Shown here: in pieces, positions 55,501 through 64,000 of the stretch | Numbering within the stretch: position 1 is the first letter of the stretch | Layout: each line of letters begins with the position of its first letter | NCBI GenBank assembly: GCA_964057225.1 | Contig: OZ059896.1 | Span: forward strand, 23,513,665-23,577,664 | Source: Auanema rhodensis | Taxonomy: Eukaryota > Animalia > Nematoda | DNA: 64,000 nt | Direction of reading: 5' to 3' | Made by a program: the position numbers and the translations under genes | The notes under the pieces: model-generated | The model's database searches: none | What the model was told of the DNA's origin: nothing | What the model saw: only the letters and a program-made list of their open reading frames with translations

Positions 55501-58500
55501 TGACTTTGAAATTTACGTGAACTTTAATTTATGCTAATTAAATGTACACGTGATGTGCACTTGGTATGTAACTCGCTTCACGTGAAAGATAAAGAGATAC
55601 GGTTTTCAAAATTAGATTCCCCATGTCCATATTAGTCTAAAAACAAATTTTTATTGATATTGGTTCATGGTAACCATGACTTTGAAATTTACGTGAACTT
55701 TAATTTATGCTAATTAAATGTACACGTGATGTGCACTTGGTATGTAACTCGCTTCACGTGAAAGATAAAGAGATGCGGTTTTCAAAATTAGATTCCCCAT
55801 GTCCATATTAGTCTAAAAACAAATTTTTATTGATATTGCTTCATGGTAACCATGACTTTGAAATTTACGTGAACTTTAATTTATGCTAATTAAATGTACA
55901 CGTGATGTGCACTTGGTATGTAACTCGCTTCACGTGAAAGATAAAGAGATACGGTTTTCAAAATTAGATTCCCCATGTCCATATTAGTCTAAAAACAAAT
56001 TTTTATTGATATTGGTTCATGGTAACCATGACTTTGAAATTTACGTGAACTTTAATTTATGCTAATTAAATGTACACGTGATGTGCACTTGGTATGTAAC
56101 TCGCTTCACGTGAAAGATAAAGAGATACGGTTTTCAAAATTAGATTCCCCATGTCCATATTAGTCTAAAAACAAATTTTTATTGATATTGGTGCATGGTA
56201 ACCATGACTTTGAAATTTACGTGAACTTTAATTTATGCTAATTAAATGTACACGTGATGTGCACTTGGTATGTAACTCGCTTCACGTGAAAGATAAAGAG
56301 ATGCGGTTTTCAAAATTAGATTCCCCATGTCCATATTAGTCTAAAAACAAATTTTTATTGATATTGGTTCATGGTAACCATGACTTTGAAATTTACGTGA
56401 ACTTTAATTTATGCTAATTAAATGTACACGTGATGTGCACTTGGTATGTAACTCGCTTCACGTGAAAGATAAAGAGATGCGGTTTTCAAAATTAGATTCC
56501 CCATGTCCATATTAGTCTAAAAACAAATTTTTATTGGTATTGGTGCATGGTAACCATGACTTTGAAATTTACGTGAACTTTAATTTATGCTAATTAAATG
56601 TACACGTGATGTGCACTTGGTATGTAACTCGCTTCACGTGACAGATAAAGAGATGCGGTTTTCAAAATTAGATTCCCCATGTCCATATTAGTCTAAAAAC
56701 AAATTTTTATTGATATTGGTGCATGGTAACCATGACTTTGAAATTTACGTGAACTTTAATTTATGCTAATTAAATGTACACGTGATGTGCACTTGGTATG
56801 TAACTCGCTTCACGTGAAAGATAAAGAGATGCGGTTTTCAAAATTAGATTCCCCATGTCCATATTAGTCTAAAAACAAATTTTTATTGATATTGGTGCAT
56901 GGTAACCATGACTTTGAAATTTACGTGAACTTTAATTTATGCTAATTAAATGTACACGTGATGTGCACTTGGTATGTAACTCGCTTCACGTGAAAGATAA
57001 AGAGATGCGGTTTTCAAAATTAGATTCCCCATGTCCATATTAGTCTAAAAACAAATTTTTATTGATATTGGTGCATGGTAACCATGACTTTGAAATTTAC
57101 GTGAACTTTAATTTATGCTAATTAAATGTACACGTGATGTGCACTTGGTATGTAACTCGCTTCACGTGAAAGATAAAGAGATGCGGTTTTCAAAATTAGA
57201 TTCCCCATGTCCATATTAGTCTAAAACAAATTTTTATTGATATTGGTTCATGGTAACCATGACTTTGAAATTTACGTGAACTTTAATTTATGCTAATTAA
57301 ATGTACACGTGATGTGCACTTGGTATGTAACTCGCTTCACGTGAAAGATAAAGAGATGCGGTTTTCAAAATTAGATTCCCCATGTCCATATTAGTCTAAA
57401 AACAAATTTTTATTGATATTGGTTCATGGTAACCATGACTTTGAAATTTACGTGAACTTTAATTTATGCTAATTAAATGTACACGTGATGTGCACTTGGT
57501 ATGTAACTCGCTTCACGTGAAAGATAAAGAGATGCGGTTATCAAAATTAGATTCCCCCATGTCCATATTAGTCTAAAAACAAATTTTTATTGATATTTGT
57601 GCATGGTAACCATGACTTTGAAATTTAGGTGAACTTTAATTTATGCTAATTAAATGTACACGTGATGTGCACTTGGTATGTAACTCGCTTCACGTGAAAG
57701 ATGAAGAGATGCGGTTTTCAAAATTAGATTCCCCATGTCCATATTAGTCTAAAAACAAATTTTTATTGATATTGGTTCATGGTAACCATGACTTTGAAAT
57801 TTACGTGAACTTTAATTTATGCTAATTAAATGTACACGTGATGTGCACTTGGTATGTAACTCGCTTCACGTGAAAGATAAAGAGATGCGGTTTTCAAAAT
57901 TAGATTCCCCATGTCCATATTAGTCTAAAAACAAATTTTTATTGATATTGGTTCATGGTAACCATGACTTTGAAATTTACGTGAACTTTAATTTATGCTA
58001 ATTAAATGTACACGTGATGTGCACTTGGTATGTAACTCGCTTCACGTGAAAGATAAAGAGATGCGGTTTTCAAAATTAGATTCCCCATGTCCATATTAGT
58101 CTAAAAACAAATTTTTATTGATATTGGTTCATGGTAACCATGACTTTGAAATTTACGTGAACTTTAATTTATGCTAATTAAATGTACACGTGATGTGCAC
58201 TTGGTATGTAACTCGCTTCACGTGAAAGATAAAGAGATGCGGTTTTCAAAATTAGATTCCCCATGTCCATATTAGTCTAAAAACAAATTTTTATTGATAT
58301 TGCTTCATGGTAACCATGACTTTGAAATTTACGTGAACTTTAATTTATGCTAATTAAATGTACACGTGATGTGCACTTGGTATGTAACTCGCTTCACGTA
58401 AAAGATAAAGAGATGCGGTTTTCAAAATTAGATTCCCCATGTCCATATTAGTCTAAAAACAAATTTTTATTGATATTGCTTCATGGTAACCATGACTTTG

Positions 58501-61500
58501 AAATTTACGTGAACTTTAATTTATGCTAATTAAATGTACACGTGATGTGCACTTGGTATGTAACTCGCTCCACGTGAAAGATAAAGAGATGCGGTTTTCA
58601 AAATTAGATTCCCCATGTCCATATTAGTCTAAAAACAAATTTTTATTGATATTTGTGCATGGTAACCATGACTTTGAAATTTAGGTGAACTTTAATTTAT
58701 GCTAATTAAATGTACACGTGATGTGCACTTGGTATGTAACTCGCTTCACGTGAAAGATGAAGAGATGCGGTTTTCAAAATTAGATTCCCCATGTCCATAT
58801 TAGTCTAAAAACAAATTTTTATTGATATTGGTTCATGGTAACCATGACTTTGAAATTTACGTGAACTTTAATTTATGCTAATTAAATGTACACGTGATGT
58901 GCACTTGGTATGTAACTCGCTTCACGTGAAAGATAAAGAGATGCGGTTTTCAAAATTAGATTCCCCATGTCCATATTAGTCTAAAAACAAATTTTTATTG
59001 ATATTGGTTCATGGTAACCATGACTTTGAAATTTACGTGAACTTTAATTTATGCTAATTAAATGTACACGTGATGTGCACTTGGTATGTAACTCGCTTCA
59101 CGTGAAAGATAAAGAGATGCGGTTTTCAAAATTAGATTCCCCATGTCCATATTAGTCTAAAAACAAATTTTTATTGATATTGGTGCATGGTAACCATGAC
59201 TTTGAAATTTACGTGAACTTTAATTTATGCTAATTAAATGTACACGTGATGTGCACTTGGTATGTAACTCGCTTCACGTGAAAGATAAAGAGATGCGGTT
59301 TTCAAATTAGATTCCCCATGTCCATATTAGTCTAAAAACAAATTTTTATTGATATTGGTGCATGGTAACCATGACTTTGAAATTTACGTGAACTTTAATT
59401 TATGCTAATTAAATGTACACGTGATGTGCACTTGGTATGTAACTCGCTTCACGTGAAAGATAAAGAGATGCGGTTTTCAAAATTAGATTCCCCATGTCCA
59501 TATTAGTCTAAAAACAAATTTTTATTGATATTGGTTCATGGTAACCATGACTTTGAAATTTACGTGAACTTTAATTTATGCTAATTAAATGTACACGTGA
59601 TGTGCACTTGGTATGTAACTCGCTTCACGTGAAAGATAAAGAGATGCGGTTTTCAAAATTAGATTCCCCATGTCCATATTAGTCTAAAAACAAATTTTTA
59701 TTGATATTGGTGCATGGTAACCATGACTTTGAAATTTACGTGAACTTTAATTTATGCTAATTAAATGTACACGTGATGTGCACTTGGTATGTAACTCGCT
59801 TCACGTGAAAGATAAAGAGATGCGGTTTTCAAAATTAGATTCCCCATGTCCATATTAGTCTAAAAACAAATTTTTATTGATATTGGTGCATGGTAACCAT
59901 GACTTTGAAATTTACGTGAACTTTAATTTATGCTAATTAAATGTACACGTGATGTGCACTTGGTATGTAACTCGCTTCACGTGAAAGATAAAGAGATGCG
60001 GTTTTCAAAATTAGATTCCCCATGTCCATATTAGTCTAAAAACAAATTTTTATTGATATTGGTGCATGGTAACCATGACTTTGAAATTTACGTGAACTTT
60101 AATTTATGCTAATTAAATGTACACGTGATGTGCACTTGGTATGTAACTCGCTTCACGTGAAAGATAAAGAGATGCGGTTTTCAAAATTAGATTCCCCATG
60201 TCCATATTAGTCTAAAAACAAATTTTTATTGATATTGGTGCATGGTAACCATGACTTTGAAATTTACGTGAACTTTAATTTATGCTAATTAAATGTACAC
60301 GTGATGTGCACTTGGTATGTAACTCGCTTCACGTGAAAGATAAAGAGATACGGTTTTCAAAATTAGATTCCCCATGTCCATATTAGTCTAAAAACAAATT
60401 TTTATTGATATTGGTTCATGGTAACCATGACTTTGAAATTTACGTGAACTTTAATTTATGCTAATTAAATGTACACGTGATGTGCACTTGGTATGTAACT
60501 CGCTTCACGTGAAAGATAAAGAGATACGGTTTTCAAAATTAGATTCCCCATGTCCATATTAGTCTAAAAACAAATTTTTATTGATATTGGTGCATGGTAA
60601 CCATGACTTTGAAATTTACGTGAACTTTAATTTATGCTAATTAAATGTACACGTGATGTGCACTTGGTATGTAACTCGCTTCACGTGAAAGATAAAGAGA
60701 TACGGTTTTCAAAATTAGATTCCCCATGTCCATATTAGTCTAAAAACAAATTTTTATTGATATTGGTTCATGGTAACCATGACTTTGAAATTTACGTGAA
60801 CTTTAATTTATGCTAATTAAATGTACACGTGATGTGCACTTGGTATGTAACTCGCTTCACGTGAAAGATAAAGAGATGCGGTTTTCAAAATTAGATTCCC
60901 CATGTCCATATTAGTCTAAAAACAAATTTTTATTGATATTGGTGCATGGTAACCATGACTTTGAAATTTACGTGAACTTTAATTTATGCTAATTAAATGT
61001 ACACGTGATGTGCACTTGGTATGTAACTCGCTTCACGTGAAAGATAAAGAGATGCGGTTTTCAAAATTAGATTCCCCATGTCCATATTAGTCTAAAAACA
61101 AATTTTTATTGATATTGGTGCATGGTAACCATGACTTTGAAATTTACGTGAACTTTAATTTATGCTAATTAAATGTACACGTGATGTGCACTTGGTATGT
61201 AACTCGCTTCACGTGAAAGATAAAGAGATGCGGTTTTCAAAATTAGATTCCCCATGTCCATATTAGTCTAAAAACAAATTTTTATTGATATTGGTGCATG
61301 GTAACCATGACTTTGAAATTTACGTGAACTTTAATTTATGCTAATTAAATGTACACGTGATGTGCACTTTGTATGTAACTCGCTTCACGTGAAAGATAAA
61401 GAGATGCGGTTTTCAAAATTAGATTCCCCATGTCCATATTAGTCTAAAAACAAATTTTTATTGATATTGGTGCATGGTAACCATGACTTTGAAATTTACG

Positions 61501-64000
61501 TGAACTTTAATTTATGCTAATTAAATGTACACGTGATGTGCACTTGGTATGTAACTCGCTTCACGTGAAAGATAAAGAGATGCGGTTTTCAAAATTAGAT
61601 TCCCCATGTCCATATTAGTCTAAAAACAAATTTTTATTGATATTGGTGCATGGTAACCATGACTTTGAAATTTACGTGAACTTTAATTTATGCTAATTAA
61701 ATGTACACGTGATGTGCACTTGGTATGTAACTCGCTTCACGTGAAAGATAAAGAGATGCGGTTTTCAAAATTAGATTCCCCATGTCCATATTAGTCTAAA
61801 AACAAATTTTTATTGATATTGGTGCATGGTAACCATGACTTTGAAATTTACGTGAACTTTAATTTATGCTAATTAAATGTACACGTGATGTGCACTTGGT
61901 ATGTAACTCGCTTCACGTGAAAGATAAAGAGATGCGGTTTTCAAAATTAGATTCCCCATGTCCATATTAGTCTAAAAACAAATTTTTATTGATATTGGTT
62001 CATGGTAACCATGACTTTGAAATTTACGTGAACTTTAATTTATGCTAATTAAATGTACACGTGATGTGCACTTGGTATGTAACTCGCTTCACGTGAAAGA
62101 TAAAGAGATGCGGTTTTCAAAATTAGATTCCCCATGTCCATATTAGTCTAAAAACAAATTTTTATTGATATTGGTTCATGGTAACCATGACTTTGAAATT
62201 TACGTGAACTTTAATTTATGCTAATTAAATGTACACGTGATGTGCACTTGGTATGTAACTCGCTTCACGTGAAAGATAAAGAGATGCGGTTTTCAAAATT
62301 AGATTCCCCATGTCCATATTAGTCTAAAAACAAATTTTTATTGATATTGGTGCATGGTAACCATGACTTTGAAATTTACGTGAACTTTAATTTATGCTAA
62401 TTAAATGTACACGTGATGTGCACTTGGTATGTAACTCGCTTCACGTGAAAGATAAAGAGATGAGGTTTTCAAAATTAGATTCCCCATGTCCATATTAGTC
62501 TAAAAACAAATTTTTATTGATATTGGTTCATGGTAACCATGACTTTGAAATTTACGTGAACTTTAATTTATGCTAATTAAATGTACACGTGATGTGCACT
62601 TGGTATGTAACTCGCTTCACGTGAAAGATAAAGAGATGCGGTTTTCAAAATTAGATTCCCCATGTCCATATTAGTCTAAAAACAAATTTTTATTGATATT
62701 GCTTCATGGTAACCATGACTTTGAAATTTACGTGAACTTTAATTTATGCTAATTAAATGTACACGTGATGTGCACTTGGTATGTAACTCGCTTCACGTGA
62801 AAGATAAAGAGATACGGTTTTCAAAATTAGATTCCCCATGTCCATATTAGTCTAAAAACAAATTTTTATTGATATTGGTTCATGGTAACCATGACTTTGA
62901 AATTTACGTGAACTTTAATTTATGCTAATTAAATGTACACGTGATGTGCACTTGGTATGTAACTCGCTTCACGTGAAAGATAAAGAGATGCGGTTTTCAA
63001 AATTAGATTCCCCATGTCCATATTAGTCTAAAAACAAATTTTTATTGATATTGGTGCATGGTAACCATGACTTTGAAATTTACGTGAACTTTAATTTATG
63101 CTAATTAAATGTACACGTGATGTGCACTTGGTATGTAACTCGCTTCACGTGAAAGATAAAGAGATACGGTTTTCAAAATTAGATTCCCCATGTCCATATC
63201 AGTCTAAAAACAAATTTTTATTGATATTGGTTCATGGTAACCATGACTTTGAAATTTACGTGAACTTTAATTTATGCTAATTAAATGTACACGTGATGTG
63301 CACTTGGTATGTAACTCGCTTCACGTGAAAGATAAAGAGATGCGGTTTTCAAAATTAGATTCCCCATGTCCATATTAGTCTAAAAACAAATTTTTATTGA
63401 TATTGGTTCATGGTAACCATGACTTTGAAATTTACGTGAACTTTAATTTATGCTAATTAAATGTACACGTGATGTGCACTTGGTATGTAACTCGCTTCAC
63501 GTGAAAGATAAAGAGATGCGGTTTTCAAAATTAGATTCCCCATGTCCATATTAGTCTAAAAACAAATTTTTATTGATATTGGTGCATGGTAACCATGACT
63601 TTGAAATTTACGTGAACTTTAATTTATGCTAATTAAATGTACACGTGATGTGCACTTGGTATGTAACTCGCTTCACGTGAAAGATAAAGAGATACGGTTT
63701 TCAAAATTAGATTCCCCATGTCCATATTAGTCTAAAAACAAATTTTTATTGATATTGGTTCATGGTAACCATGACTTTGAAATTTACGTGAACTTTAATT
63801 TATGCTAATTAAATGTACACGTGATGTGCACTTGGTATGTAACTCGCTTCACGTGAAAGATAAAGAGATGCGGTTTTCAAAATTAGATTCCCCATGTCCA
63901 TATTAGTCTAAAAACAAATTTTTATTGATATTGCTTCATGGTAACCATGACTTTGAAATTTACGTGAACTTTAATTTATGCTAATTAAATGTACACGTGA
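4522..64000. repeat. 176-bp AT-rich tandem satellite array, ~338 monomers, continues past the right edge
   Basis: Consensus TGCACTTGGTATGTAACTCGCTTCACGTGAAAGATAAAGAGATGCGGTTTTCAAAATTAGATTCCCCATGTCCATATTAGTCTAAAAACAAATTTTTATTGATATTGGT(G/T)CATGGTAACCATGACTTTGAAATTTACGTGAACTTTAATTTATGCTAATTAAATGTACACGTGATG. The 176 period is confirmed by ORF-track offsets (51835 to 52011). Monomers differ by only a few bases and all share one orientation. Confidence 0.99.

Noticed and set aside
38555-59310. Clusters of 1-bp homopolymer indels (~38560, 38754, 38904, 41287, 41355, 57226, 57558, 59306)
   Set aside because: All are singletons in homopolymer or doublet runs and are not propagated to duplicated blocks. 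They are most likely long-read consensus errors.
8017-63280. Ten 60-aa ORFs (MLIKCTRDVHLV...) in the satellite
   Set aside because: They arise wherever a point variant removes the single TAG (to GAG or CAG) in one frame of the monomer. There is no recognisable protein similarity, and 176 is not a multiple of 3, so no polyprotein forms.
4394-64000. CRISPR array interpretation of either repeat
   Set aside because: The repeats are contiguous with no unique spacers, there are no cas genes, and the context is eukaryotic.
1-64000. Assigning a host species or a named satellite/LINE family
   Set aside because: ORF1 and ORF2 loosely recall invertebrate (possibly nematode) CR1-like elements, but this cannot be supported without a database search.

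Overview
Eukaryotic repetitive DNA in two parts. (1) Positions 1-~4520 hold an apparently intact, 5'-complete non-LTR retrotransposon (LINE, CR1-like clade) on the minus strand. In transcription order it has seven 18-bp tandem repeats, a pyrimidine-rich 5' UTR, ORF1 (354 aa), ORF2 (APE endonuclease + reverse transcriptase), and a 3' UTR that runs off the left edge. (2) Positions 4522-64000 are an uninterrupted head-to-tail 176-bp satellite array (~338 monomers). It is palindrome- and E-box-rich, has local higher-order repeats and ~11-12 kb internal duplications, and splits into two variant domains. Main finding: manual translation shows the ORF2 frame is open from 3200 to 333, well beyond the ORF track's 2594 start. 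It has no in-frame AUG before or within the endonuclease domain and lies in the +1 frame relative to ORF1. ORF1 ends in UCC_UUU_CGU_UAA, the +1 ribosomal frameshift motif known from influenza PA-X. This predicts that the LINE makes its endonuclease/RT as a ~1294-aa ORF1-ORF2 fusion by +1 frameshifting. That is an inference and needs testing.
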